From a virus (Duplodnaviria; Caudoviricetes): a stretch of DNA of 64,000 nucleotides. Under the pieces are notes generated by a model. It had not been told where the DNA came from and searched no databases. It saw nothing but the letters and a program-made list of their open reading frames with translations. This document shows, piece after piece, positions 1 to 9,087 of the stretch. Where the stretch lies: the IMG/VR virus record IMGVR_UViG_3300025018_000091. The stretch is one strand, 5' to 3'. The translations under genes and the position numbers were made by a program. Numbering within the stretch: position 1 is the first letter of the stretch; each line of letters opens with the position of its first letter.

Positions 1-641
1 TACACCGAAGTAGTATTAGATCCTAATTGAACTCTATCAAATATATCTACTTGAAGAATATCTACATCTCCAGTATTTGTAGCATTTCTACCTCTAACAA
101 CAGCATCTTCTGTAGCAACATTTGGAATACGAATAATGCCAGATTGCGCAGGATATGTTCCTAATGCCAAATACCCATCAATAGATAATGTTCCAGTAAA
201 AATAGGTAAAGAAGCGCCAATAGTATAACCATCTCCACCAGTATTATATGCAAATTTCCAACCAGAAAGAGTTTCATCCCAAAACATACAAGAATGATCT
301 CTAGGGATAAGACCTGTAGTATATCCTCTAACAGCGGCTAAACCTGTAATTTGTGGCGGAACATCTTGCGTTGTCGCATATGGCGAAGTTGGTGGATGTA
401 TCCAGTCATAACTATTTAAATGGAAAAAATAACCATCACTAGAATTAAGTGGTTTTAAAAAATTATCTATTTTAGATTGAACTATTCTATTAACTATTAT
501 ATTTTCAAGATTAATAGAACTATAGCCGTCAGGACAATATATTGCATTTGAATCTGGTTGATCGTTAACAATCCAATCAACGTAACCAACAGCACCTGGC
601 GCTGCTGTATTATAAGCTCTCATGTAATATTGTATTGGCAT
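1..641 (-). CDS. Virion fibre/structural protein, partial (runs off the left edge; not in the supplied ORF track)
   Basis: Manual translation from ATG at 641 with upstream GGGAGAG: MPIQYYMRAYNTAAPGAVGYVDW...GTYPAQSGIIRIPN...RGRNATNTGDVDILQVD; open for 213 codons to the window edge; contains 4 DGY motifs. Confidence 0.75.
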   Translation of the reverse strand, partial: MPIQYYMRAYNTAAPGAVGYVDWIVNDQPDSNAIYCPDGYSSINLENIIVNRIVQSKIDNFLKPLNSSDGYFFHLNSYDWIHPPTSPYATTQDVPPQITGLAAVRGYTTGLIPRDHSCMFWDETLSGWKFAYNTGGDGYTIGASLPIFTGTLSIDGYLALGTYPAQSGIIRIPNVATEDAVVRGRNATNTGDVDILQVDIFDRVQLGSNTTSV

Positions 642-658
642 TATCTCTCCCTATCCAA

Positions 659-674
659 GATATCTATTTATTAC
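659..674 (-). promoter_or_regulatory. Candidate late-promoter motif GTAAT-N6-ATAT
   Basis: Coding strand GTAATAAATAGATATC, 18 nt upstream of ATG 641; matches a motif seen in several other intergenic gaps. Confidence 0.4.
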
Positions 675-698
675 TAAATACAGATATAACATCAATAT

Positions 699-1391
699 TT
701 AGATAGCGATTACATGAATTGTTACAACTGCTGTTCTAACTTCAGCATTATCGTATGTTACAGTTACAGTTAAATCATATGATCCACCATTTAAACTAAC
801 AAAACCATCACCTTCCCAAGTATCACCAGTTTGTGTATATAATTGAGAATCTCCACCATCTAAATTACCAGAAAATAACACAACATGTTCACCACTTTCA
901 ATAGTTCCATAAGCATAAAAAGGAGCGGTTGGATTATACGATGGAGATTCGTCTGTGGGATCAGTTATTGTAATTCCCATCAAATATGTAAACCCAGTAT
1001 TCTCTACTTGGTAAATTGTACTAAATGTTGAAAGCCTAAATGTATCTGTGCTCGTTTGATTCGCCACAAATACAACATCATATCCATCAGTCGATATGCT
1101 AATTGTCATTTCCGTCAATATACCAGAAGCGTTATAAATAGAACCATACCCGTCCAAACCAAGTCCACCAGCAATATAAGCATTTCCAATTTCTCTTACA
1201 ACTAAAGCGTCCAACCAATAAGAATATCCATCAGAAGCTGTTGATTGATTTTGAATAAAACATAACGTATTAATTCTTGTATCTGTATTTGCCGGAACAG
1301 TAAACCTACAGACTTCAACACCATGTGTCGAGGTCACAACCGTTCCTGTAATTAATCTTCCATTTTGTATTGCATATCCATCATTAGGCAT
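699..1391 (-). CDS. Fibre-associated protein: shared N-terminal module plus C-terminal Ig-like domain
   Basis: N-terminus (GTVVTSTHGVEVCRFTVPANTDTRI) aligns by eye with those of 1404..3872 and 3884..4960; C-terminal beta-sandwich pattern (GSYDLTVTVTYD...VVTIHV); 4 DGY. Confidence 0.65.
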   Translation of the reverse strand: MPNDGYAIQNGRLITGTVVTSTHGVEVCRFTVPANTDTRINTLCFIQNQSTASDGYSYWLDALVVREIGNAYIAGGLGLDGYGSIYNASGILTEMTISISTDGYDVVFVANQTSTDTFRLSTFSTIYQVENTGFTYLMGITITDPTDESPSYNPTAPFYAYGTIESGEHVVLFSGNLDGGDSQLYTQTGDTWEGDGFVSLNGGSYDLTVTVTYDNAEVRTAVVTIHVIAI

Positions 1392-1403
1392 AATATCCTC
1401 TTA

Positions 1404-3872
1404 TCAGGGTGGAGTGTCTTTTATAATATCAGCTTCTTCCATATTTGTCATTGTTCCGTTGAAGCCAACCCCATCTCCCATCTTCCAATATCCTACAAGG
1501 TTTGCTGAACTCGTTAAGTCTGTTGGTATTCCTGCGTTGTATATTGCTTCAACTTCTGATAAGGAAAGAACTTTATCCCAAATTGATATGTCTTTTAAAT
1601 TTCCAATCCAATAATTTTGATTATCAGGTCTTCTTCCAATATTAAAATTAGCCGCATTGGATATTGATAATGTTAAAGTATCGTGTCCTACGGTTGCTGG
1701 AACTAAAACTCCATTCATATAGAATATAACACCAGCTCCTGTTTTGCTTCCATCATAAGTAACAACACCATGTCTCCAAACACTATCTCTGTAACTTCCA
1801 AATCCTGTTGTTGTATTTGTAAAAATATAATTGTTTCCCGCCCCAGCGTCATTTATTAAGTATACTTGAATTCTATGTAAAGAATCAATAAATATAAAAT
1901 ACCCAGTGTATGTAGTACTACCTAAATTTTTTGCTATAATATTAGTATTTGTTCCACCTGTACATTTGAACCAAAAGGACCAAGAACGAGTTTCCGTTCC
2001 GTTTAAATCATGAACATCTCCCATGTCAATAAATTCGTCGGAGCCATCAAATACCATAGAGTTTCCAATATATGTTCTTGACTCAACGTCAGTGATTTCC
2101 ATATTGACCTGAGTTCCATGCAGTCCGTTGCCCGAGAAGTCAGGAACTCCATTTGCTGCAAGACTATAATTTTCTCCACACCTCCACCAAGCCGCAAGAT
2201 TAGCTGCGCAAGATGTTGTAGTTAAATCAATCGGAACCTTATTGTTATAAATTTCTGTTACTTCAGTTGGAGAAAGCTCTTTATCCCATACCGATACGTC
2301 AGAAAGAGAACCTTTATACCATAAATCATTATGATTTCTTGCCCCTAACCTAAAATCACTGGCATTTGCTGCTGTTGCCGATAACGTATCATAATTTGTA
2401 GTTGTTGCAACTGGAGCATTATCTATATAAAAAACAACACCTGCTGCTTTTCCTGTAGAATCTTTTGTTATCATACAATAATGCCAATTATTATCATTGT
2501 ATGAATTATTAGTTTGTATTTCAAGAGTATTTGTAAAATATGTATTTATTTGAAAAAAAGCTATTTTATTAGTATTCGTACAAAGTATTTGATATCCGGG
2601 GGCGCCAGCCGCTACACTAATTTTTGATACAAAAATCCCAGTATGTGTGATTGACCATTTAAACCAAAAACTAATAGAAAAAGCATCGTTATAATCAAAA
2701 TCTAATATATCTCCCATATTTACATATTCGTTTGTTCCACCAAACACTAAAGCTTGACTTCCAGGACTCGCAAACTGAATATCAGAAACTTCCATGTTAG
2801 TTGCTGTTCCATCATATCCATTTGTTGATTCATCAGGAATTACAGGAAACTGATAATCTGAACTATGATCTAAAATAGTTGGATATGTATCTCCATCTCC
2901 ACATCTCCAATAAGCTACCATATTAGAGGCTGATGAAAGGTTCTTTATGTTAGTTGGAATCCCTGAATTATAAATAGCTTCAACTTCAGAAAGAGAAAGC
3001 TCTTTATTATATATAGATGCTTCATCTATGTTACCAATCATATAATCAAGAGTTCCATTCATAGAACCAATGGTGCAAGGCATCGTATCTTGAATAGTTG
3101 ATGTTAAATTATTAATATTTGTAACAGGAGCTTCATATCCCCCGTCAACATAAAAAGCCGTTCCAGAAACATTACTACTTCCATCATAAGTAGCAACAAT
3201 ATGATGCCAATTTCCATCATTCAAAATAGAAGATGTGCTTACTGATAACTGACTTGTATTTGCTACGCTTACAATATCAAATCTAATTGATCCAATAACT
3301 CCCCCAAGTCCTTCTTTTTTCAAACCCCATCCTCTATAATTTCCAGCTGGACCTTCCTTACCAATAAAAAAATTCCAAGGGTTTACATCCGATGTTTTAA
3401 ACCAACAACTAATACTAAAAGCATCAGTCCTCTCAAAACTTAACACATTTCCCATTGTTACAAATTCATTAGTTCCACCAAACAACAAAGAATATCCATC
3501 AATAAATTGTTCAACAGAATAAATTTCCATCGAACATGCTACTCTATATATATTCCCATCCGCCGAAGCTGTTGTGGCATAAATATTATCATTCGTAACA
3601 GCTAAAATTACTTCAAAACCTGATGTTGTTCCTTCTTCATTATACTTAGATACATCTCCAACAATCGTTGCATATCCATCTTGATTATATACATTTGCTG
3701 CTAATTTATAAGAACTGCTTATTTGTCCGTTTACTTTTTGAAATAAACATGTTGCTTCTACCCTTGCAAAAGTTTCCAGTGGAACCGCCCAAGAGCATAC
3801 ATTTACTCCATTAGCTGCCGTTGCAACTGTTCCGGTAGTTTTAATTCCTTGTATTAATTGTCCATCAGCCAT
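1404..3872 (-). CDS. Receptor-binding/fibre protein with three LamG (concanavalin A-like) domains
   Basis: Three repeats of FSISxWFK...WHHxxxTYDG...FYxDG...IG...G.IDExSIYNKELS..EV..IYN; shared N-terminal module. Confidence 0.85.
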   Translation of the reverse strand: MADGQLIQGIKTTGTVATAANGVNVCSWAVPLETFARVEATCLFQKVNGQISSSYKLAANVYNQDGYATIVGDVSKYNEEGTTSGFEVILAVTNDNIYATTASADGNIYRVACSMEIYSVEQFIDGYSLLFGGTNEFVTMGNVLSFERTDAFSISCWFKTSDVNPWNFFIGKEGPAGNYRGWGLKKEGLGGVIGSIRFDIVSVANTSQLSVSTSSILNDGNWHHIVATYDGSSNVSGTAFYVDGGYEAPVTNINNLTSTIQDTMPCTIGSMNGTLDYMIGNIDEASIYNKELSLSEVEAIYNSGIPTNIKNLSSASNMVAYWRCGDGDTYPTILDHSSDYQFPVIPDESTNGYDGTATNMEVSDIQFASPGSQALVFGGTNEYVNMGDILDFDYNDAFSISFWFKWSITHTGIFVSKISVAAGAPGYQILCTNTNKIAFFQINTYFTNTLEIQTNNSYNDNNWHYCMITKDSTGKAAGVVFYIDNAPVATTTNYDTLSATAANASDFRLGARNHNDLWYKGSLSDVSVWDKELSPTEVTEIYNNKVPIDLTTTSCAANLAAWWRCGENYSLAANGVPDFSGNGLHGTQVNMEITDVESRTYIGNSMVFDGSDEFIDMGDVHDLNGTETRSWSFWFKCTGGTNTNIIAKNLGSTTYTGYFIFIDSLHRIQVYLINDAGAGNNYIFTNTTTGFGSYRDSVWRHGVVTYDGSKTGAGVIFYMNGVLVPATVGHDTLTLSISNAANFNIGRRPDNQNYWIGNLKDISIWDKVLSLSEVEAIYNAGIPTDLTSSANLVGYWKMGDGVGFNGTMTNMEEADIIKDTPP

Positions 3873-3883
3873 ATTAATCCTTA

Positions 3884-4960
3884 TTACGGAGGTGCATCAG
3901 CAATTATATCTCCAGATTCCATATTAGTCATTGTTCCATTGAAACCAGAATCACTATGATCTAAAATAGTTGGATAAGTGTCTCCATCTCCACATCTCCA
4001 ATAAGCTACCATATTTGAAGCAGATGAAAGATTTTTTAGATTAGTTGGAATCCCTGAATTATAAATCGCTTCAACCTCAGGAAGAGAAAGTTCTTTATTG
4101 TATACTGATGTTTCGTCTATGTTGCCTTCAAATGCATAACCAGTGCCATCCCATTGACCAATTCTAAATGGAGCAGTTGTAATAATAGAGCCTGTTAAAG
4201 TATTTTTCCATATTGTAAGGTCAACAATTTCACCATCAATATAAATATGCATGCCAGATACAAGTGATGATCCATCATAGGTACATATACAATGATGCCA
4301 ATTACCATTATTTATTGTTGCTGTAGTTGTAAAAACCTGAAACTCATTAGTTGATGATGTATTTGATAATAAGAAAGTAATAGCTCCAGTATAAGTACCA
4401 CCATTGAGATATACAGCATAGCCTGCATATGGTGCCGTGCCAGAATTTTTAGCAATAAGAAACTTATCATTTGTAGTTGTTTTACACCACAAACTTATAG
4501 AAAAAGCATCAGTTCTCTCAAAATTCAACACATTTCCCATATTCACATATTCGTTCGTTCCTCCAAACAGCAAAGAATAATAGTTCCCAAATTGTTCAAC
4601 AACATAAATTTCCATAAAACATGTAACTCTATATTCTTCTCCATCTGTTGTTGCCGTTATAACTGATAACGTAGATCCACTTGCAAATAATGTTACAGTC
4701 ATTGCAACAGAACTCTCTTCCGTATTTACAACAGTCGGTCCTGAAACAATTGAAACATCCGCATCGTCTCTTCTAACAGTCGCTATTAATTTATATGAAC
4801 TTTTAGCCGTATTATCGTAAACTTGTTGAACAGTACAATGAACTTCAACCCTTGCAGTAGTATTTATTGGAATACTCCATACACAAACCTCAACACCATT
4901 TGAAGATGTTTGTATACTTCCTGCTGTTTTTCTTCCTAAAATTATATCTCCATCAGCCAT
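3884..4960 (-). CDS. Receptor-binding/fibre protein with one LamG domain (paralog of 1404..3872)
   Basis: FSISLWCKT...WHHCICTYDGS...IDETSVYNKELS; near-identical DNA to part of 1404..3872. Confidence 0.85.
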   Translation of the reverse strand: MADGDIILGRKTAGSIQTSSNGVEVCVWSIPINTTARVEVHCTVQQVYDNTAKSSYKLIATVRRDDADVSIVSGPTVVNTEESSVAMTVTLFASGSTLSVITATTDGEEYRVTCFMEIYVVEQFGNYYSLLFGGTNEYVNMGNVLNFERTDAFSISLWCKTTTNDKFLIAKNSGTAPYAGYAVYLNGGTYTGAITFLLSNTSSTNEFQVFTTTATINNGNWHHCICTYDGSSLVSGMHIYIDGEIVDLTIWKNTLTGSIITTAPFRIGQWDGTGYAFEGNIDETSVYNKELSLPEVEAIYNSGIPTNLKNLSSASNMVAYWRCGDGDTYPTILDHSDSGFNGTMTNMESGDIIADAPP

Positions 4961-4974
4961 GATTAATTACCTTA

Positions 4975-6063
4975 TTATGCTGGCGCAATGTCAGTTACTG
5001 TTCCACTACTTCCTTTAAATTTTAATGCACCACCCTCAACAAATAAATAACCGCCAGAAGTCGCACTGCCTGTTGGAACTGCATCTACATCTTTAATAAA
5101 AATCGCTCCCTGAGCACCTTGCATATTTGTTCCATTAGCACCATTTATAATTAAGTTACCCATATTGGAATTGCCTGCTTTAAGATAAATATTACCAGCA
5201 GTAAGTCCGTCACCACTCCAAATCAAAATATCACCACCAGCATAAGTATTGGTATAGTCTGATTGTCCAAAAACAATTAATCTTATTCCATTATGAGAAG
5301 ATGAAGGAGCAATTCCAAATACTGGAAGAGGAAAATCTGATTCAATTAATAAATATCCGTCACATATTACAGATGAACCTCCAAATGGTGTTGGAGATGC
5401 ACTAGTAAAAAATATCGGTGCAGTAGCTAAATATAATGTTGTTGGATAAGTATCCCCAGGACCAGCAGGACCTGTAGCTCCTGTAACACCAGCTACTCCT
5501 GTAGGACCAGCTGTTCCTGTAGCTCCTTGAGGTCCCGTTGCGCCTTGAGGTCCAGTAGCTCCAGCTACCCCAGTAGGACCGGCTGTTCCTGTAGCTCCTT
5601 GTGGTCCTGTAACTCCAGCAGGACCAGTAGCTCCAGCAGGACCAGTAGCTCCTGTAGCACCATCAACTCCAGCAGGACCAGTAGCTCCTGTAGCACCATC
5701 AACTCCAGCAGGACCAGTAGCTCCTGTAACTCCAGCAGGACCAGTAGGACCACCATAAGGACCTGTAGCACCTTGTGGTCCAGTAACTCCATCTATTCCA
5801 GCAGAACCGGCAGGTCCAGTAGGACCAGCAGGACCTGTCATTCCAATTCCAGCCGGTCCAGTTGGACCAGCAGCACCAGTAGGTCCAGCAATACCGGCAG
5901 GACCAGCAGGACCAGTTGCTCCAGCGGGACCAGGAGAACCAGTTGGTCCAAAAGATGGACTGCGAGGATCCCAACGTTCTGCAGCTGCATTATAAGCTAA
6001 GATGTATCCATCAGCAGGAACTTCAAAGGAGCCAATAATTGTTTTGTTTTTAGTATTAGCCAT
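4975..6063 (-). CDS. Collagen-like tail/capsid fibre protein
   Basis: About 160 aa of Gly-X-Y triplets ([12 protein letters not shown]); C-terminal GAIFIKD...[21 protein letters not shown] fibre-tip-like motif. Confidence 0.85.
   Translation of the reverse strand: MANTKNKTIIGSFEVPADGYILAYNAAAERWDPRSPSFGPTGSPGPAGATGPAGPAGIAGPTGAAGPTGPAGIGMTGPAGPTGPAGSAGIDGVTGPQGATGPYGGPTGPAGVTGATGPAGVDGATGATGPAGVDGATGATGPAGATGPAGVTGPQGATGTAGPTGVAGATGPQGATGPQGATGTAGPTGVAGVTGATGPAGPGDTYPTTLYLATAPIFFTSASPTPFGGSSVICDGYLLIESDFPLPVFGIAPSSSHNGIRLIVFGQSDYTNTYAGGDILIWSGDGLTAGNIYLKAGNSNMGNLIINGANGTNMQGAQGAIFIKDVDAVPTGSATSGGYLFVEGGALKFKGSSGTVTDIAPA
5631..5728. repeat. Exact 36-bp tandem repeat (2.7 copies) in the collagen region
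   Basis: ctccagcaggaccagtagctcctgtagcaccatcaa at 5631 and 5667, partial copy at 5703; encodes [12 protein letters not shown]. Confidence 0.9.
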
Positions 6064-6067
6064 TTAT

Positions 6068-7870
6068 TTATAACCTCGAAAGCTCTCTCCACTCAATAGT
6101 AGCTGAAGCCCTTCTATCATCTGTACCATATGAGTCTACTTGAATTATTAATTCGGAACCAGATGTATCAACAGTAACCGACCAATTGGTTCCGTTATCA
6201 TCTATTAAGTCATCATTAAGAATATCTATTACTAATACTCCACTCTCCTGATGTGCTAAAGCATTATACTTAAATCTTGCACAAGTTGATGCTCCAGTAG
6301 TATTTACAACAATTATTCTAATGTTAATGTCATAAGATTTTCCATCTTCCATTTCTATATTATTTAGTGTGCCAGGTATTGTCAAGTTAAATTGACCACC
6401 ATTTACTTGGTAACCATCTAATAATATTCTTGAGAATTGAGAATCTCCTGGATTTGTAAAGTAATTTACAGCATGAGATTTTTGTCCTATAATTCTTGCA
6501 TCAGCAGCATAACCAAAAACTGCACAATGTATTGCAGAAGTTGTATTGCCATATCCTTCAGCACGAGAATAATTACCAGTAACAATATTAGAATCACCAT
6601 TAATAAATACACCATTAGAATTTGATGTATTATTTTGACCAGCAATTAAAGAGTGCTGAGAACTAATAATATTGCTAGATCCTAATAATACAAGACTATT
6701 AGTTCCAGTTATGCTATTTAACATTCCATTAATAACAGTAGAATAATTTCCTGATACTGTATTTGATAATCCATTTAATATAGTAGATTCGTTTCCAGTA
6801 GCTTGGTTTCCGTAACCATCAGCAACAAAGGAAGAATCTCCTTGGGCTCTATTTCCAGAACCACCTAAAATTACAGACAAATACCCATCAGCTAAATTGG
6901 TATTACCACCAAGAACTGATGAATAATATCCGTCAGCAGTATTACTTAACCCGCCACCAATCATTGTATATTGTTGTGTAGCAGAGTTTGAGCTACCACC
7001 TAAAATTGATGAATATATAGCAGAGGCAGTATTGTCTAAGCCGCCACCTATAATAGAATAATTTGCGGTTACTTGATTTCTGTATCCACCAACTGAGGTA
7101 GAATAATCGCCAGTTACACCAATTGATAAATTACTACTTGCTAAATTAACAATACCAACTTTAGTATTATCTATTGTTGATTGATTAATTGGTCTATTGG
7201 CTACAATATTTTGCGACTCATAAATAGGGTCAAAAACAACCGGTAATCTTGTAGGATACCAAGTTCCAGACCTATATAATAAGGCATATCCATCTATTGG
7301 AGTTGATGAAGATATTGGAACTCCTTGAATTCCTATAACTGTTTGATTTATCTTTGTACCAGATAGATCTCCAGAGGCATAGAAACCAATTTGAGATTCC
7401 CAATAACCATCTGTATCATTCCAAGTAAGATGATATCCATCTAAGGGCATTGTCGATACTAATGGTCTATCTTGTAAACCAATTACAGTCTGGCTGTAAT
7501 ATCCTCCTGACAGATCTCCCCCTGCTAACCAAAGATCGGTAGGTATAAGTTGCCATGCACCATCTCTTCTTTCATATAGACCTTCATAGACATATCCGTC
7601 ACGTCTTAGGTAAAGAGAGCCATCAACTCTATCTTCTGTTGGATATCCATCACCAACACTAATAGAAACACCGCCATATCCATCAACATAAAATGGATTG
7701 GTTACGTTAGGAGCTGGTGCATTAGGGTTATTTATTCTTGCCTCAAGAATATCCAAACGTACCCTAACATCAGCATAAACTCCATATGGAGTAATACCAA
7801 GAGCCCTCTCTATCGCTTCTACTGCATCAGTTAATGCACTAATTGCTGCTGCTTTATCATCAATAACCAT
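6068..7870 (-). CDS. Tail fibre protein with beta-helix (YadA-head-like GGxxNxA) repeats
   Basis: N-terminal helical attachment motif (DAVEAIERALG..P.GVY..VR.RLD.LE), two AGGDLSG..QTVIG.Q modules, about 12 GGxxNxAxxxYSxIxGG-type repeats, C-terminal beta-sandwich; 10 DGY. Confidence 0.8.
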   Translation of the reverse strand: MVIDDKAAAISALTDAVEAIERALGITPYGVYADVRVRLDILEARINNPNAPAPNVTNPFYVDGYGGVSISVGDGYPTEDRVDGSLYLRRDGYVYEGLYERRDGAWQLIPTDLWLAGGDLSGGYYSQTVIGLQDRPLVSTMPLDGYHLTWNDTDGYWESQIGFYASGDLSGTKINQTVIGIQGVPISSSTPIDGYALLYRSGTWYPTRLPVVFDPIYESQNIVANRPINQSTIDNTKVGIVNLASSNLSIGVTGDYSTSVGGYRNQVTANYSIIGGGLDNTASAIYSSILGGSSNSATQQYTMIGGGLSNTADGYYSSVLGGNTNLADGYLSVILGGSGNRAQGDSSFVADGYGNQATGNESTILNGLSNTVSGNYSTVINGMLNSITGTNSLVLLGSSNIISSQHSLIAGQNNTSNSNGVFINGDSNIVTGNYSRAEGYGNTTSAIHCAVFGYAADARIIGQKSHAVNYFTNPGDSQFSRILLDGYQVNGGQFNLTIPGTLNNIEMEDGKSYDINIRIIVVNTTGASTCARFKYNALAHQESGVLVIDILNDDLIDDNGTNWSVTVDTSGSELIIQVDSYGTDDRRASATIEWRELSRL

Positions 7871-7885
7871 GGATTACCGTTCCAA

Positions 7886-7929
7886 ACTAAAATTTACGCT
7901 GCTGTCTCACTATATACGTAAATTTTAGT
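7886..7929. repeat. Perfect 13-bp inverted repeat with 18-nt loop (operator or hairpin)
   Basis: actaaaatttacg (7886-7898) and cgtaaattttagt (7917-7929), in the gap upstream of the fibre gene 6068..7870. Confidence 0.7.
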
Positions 7930-7956
7930 ATACCACGATAATTCAATAAAATGAAA

Positions 7957-8511
7957 TTAAAATACTAAATATACTCCTAAAGATGTTGATGATAAAACTT
8001 TAACAGTGGCAGCATAATTAGTAGTAAGTAATCCATCTCCAGAAATTTGAATTTCTACTAATCCAGACCCTAAATGACTAATACTAAATGTATATGGGCT
8101 TATAGATGTACTAGGATATGATGTAATAACATTAGAATAAAAATTTCCAGAATAATAAGTAGCAGTAAATACCATTTGAAAAGCAAATCTTTCATCAAAA
8201 CTATTTTGAATTGCAGTAACAGTTATTGAGTTGGTAGTATTTGCATCTAATTGAATTTGTATTGCTGGAGAGAATGATATTGGATAAGTATCAACTCCAG
8301 TTTCATATGAAGCATAATATACTGTCTCTTCATAAGGCGCTCCAGCGGGACCTGTGGCTCCTGTATCTCCAGCGGGACCTGTGGCTCCTACGGAACCTGT
8401 AGCACCAACCGCACCAGTAGGTCCAGTGGCTCCAGTTTCCACTTCAATTACCGGAACAAGAACATATTTTATTCCATCCCATTTAAGATAGCCAGGCTCA
8501 GGTAAACTCAT
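7957..8511 (-). CDS. Short collagen-containing fibre protein
   Basis: About 11 G-X-Y triplets after PGYLKWDG; C-terminal beta-sandwich; SD-like GAGG upstream. Confidence 0.75.
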   Translation of the reverse strand: MSLPEPGYLKWDGIKYVLVPVIEVETGATGPTGAVGATGSVGATGPAGDTGATGPAGAPYEETVYYASYETGVDTYPISFSPAIQIQLDANTTNSITVTAIQNSFDERFAFQMVFTATYYSGNFYSNVITSYPSTSISPYTFSISHLGSGLVEIQISGDGLLTTNYAATVKVLSSTSLGVYLVF

Positions 8512-8537
8512 ATTATCCTCACAACAAAGTACAATAT

Positions 8538-8553
8538 GATGTCATAAAAATAG
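8538..8553 (-). promoter_or_regulatory. Candidate late-promoter motif CTATT-N6-ACAT
   Basis: Coding strand CTATTTTTATGACATC, 27 nt upstream of ATG 8511. Confidence 0.35.
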
Positions 8554-8558
8554 TATGA

Positions 8559-8930
8559 TCAAAGGAATGCTTTTAATTTTGACATTTTACGGATTCGTCT
8601 GGCAGATTCTTTTAGATTTCTTCTTGAAAATATAATTATGCAATAAGATTTATTCTTACGACTAGTATTTACACATCTTATATACTCAAAATCATTACCA
8701 GTTTTATCGTTAACTATAGATGCAAAAGTTAAAGCATCAGAAACATAATTTCTAGACATATCAATATCAGGAATCCAAGTGAAATCACCTTTAATCATTT
8801 TACATAATTCTTGATCAGTCCATCTGTCTTTATCAATTATCTTTTGAAGAAAAGCTGCTTTTTTAAAAGTAACACGCTTTTTACATTTCTTTCTAATTGT
8901 TCGTCGTAATTCATTAAAATCATATATCAA
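8559..8930 (-). CDS. Hypothetical basic protein with C-terminal KLKAFL tag
   Basis: TTG start; third-position AT bias supports this frame; ends ...KESARRIRKMSKLKAFL-stop. Confidence 0.65.
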   Translation of the reverse strand: MIYDFNELRRTIRKKCKKRVTFKKAAFLQKIIDKDRWTDQELCKMIKGDFTWIPDIDMSRNYVSDALTFASIVNDKTGNDFEYIRCVNTSRKNKSYCIIIFSRRNLKESARRIRKMSKLKAFL

Positions 8931-9087
8931 ATAATAACTCTTTAAATTCTTCAGGAGATAATTCTACTGCATTTGTAATTTTCTTGAGTGGATTTTCATG
9001 ATCTTTAGCTTGAATTATTATTAAGATTTTTCCACCCTCTATCTTTTTTGCTTCTATAAAAGATTTATCTGTAAATTGAATTTTCAT
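8920..9087 (-). CDS. Small hypothetical protein (55 aa; below the ORF-track cutoff)
   Basis: MKIQFTDKSFIEAKKIEGGKILIIIQAKDHENPLKKITNAVELSPEEFKELLFDI; ATGA overlap with the map stop codon. Confidence 0.7.
   Translation of the reverse strand: MKIQFTDKSFIEAKKIEGGKILIIIQAKDHENPLKKITNAVELSPEEFKELLFDI

Noticed and set aside
2863-4080. Near-identical repeats in receptor-binding genes, suggesting a DGR template/variable pair
   Set aside because: Differences are mostly synonymous and not adenine-specific, both copies are internal to coding LamG domains, and there is no reverse transcriptase in the window.
8837-8923. Frameshift model joining the ATGA-coupled 28-aa ORF at 8923 to the KLKAFL frame
   Set aside because: Third-position AT bias favours the TTG-started 123-aa frame throughout.
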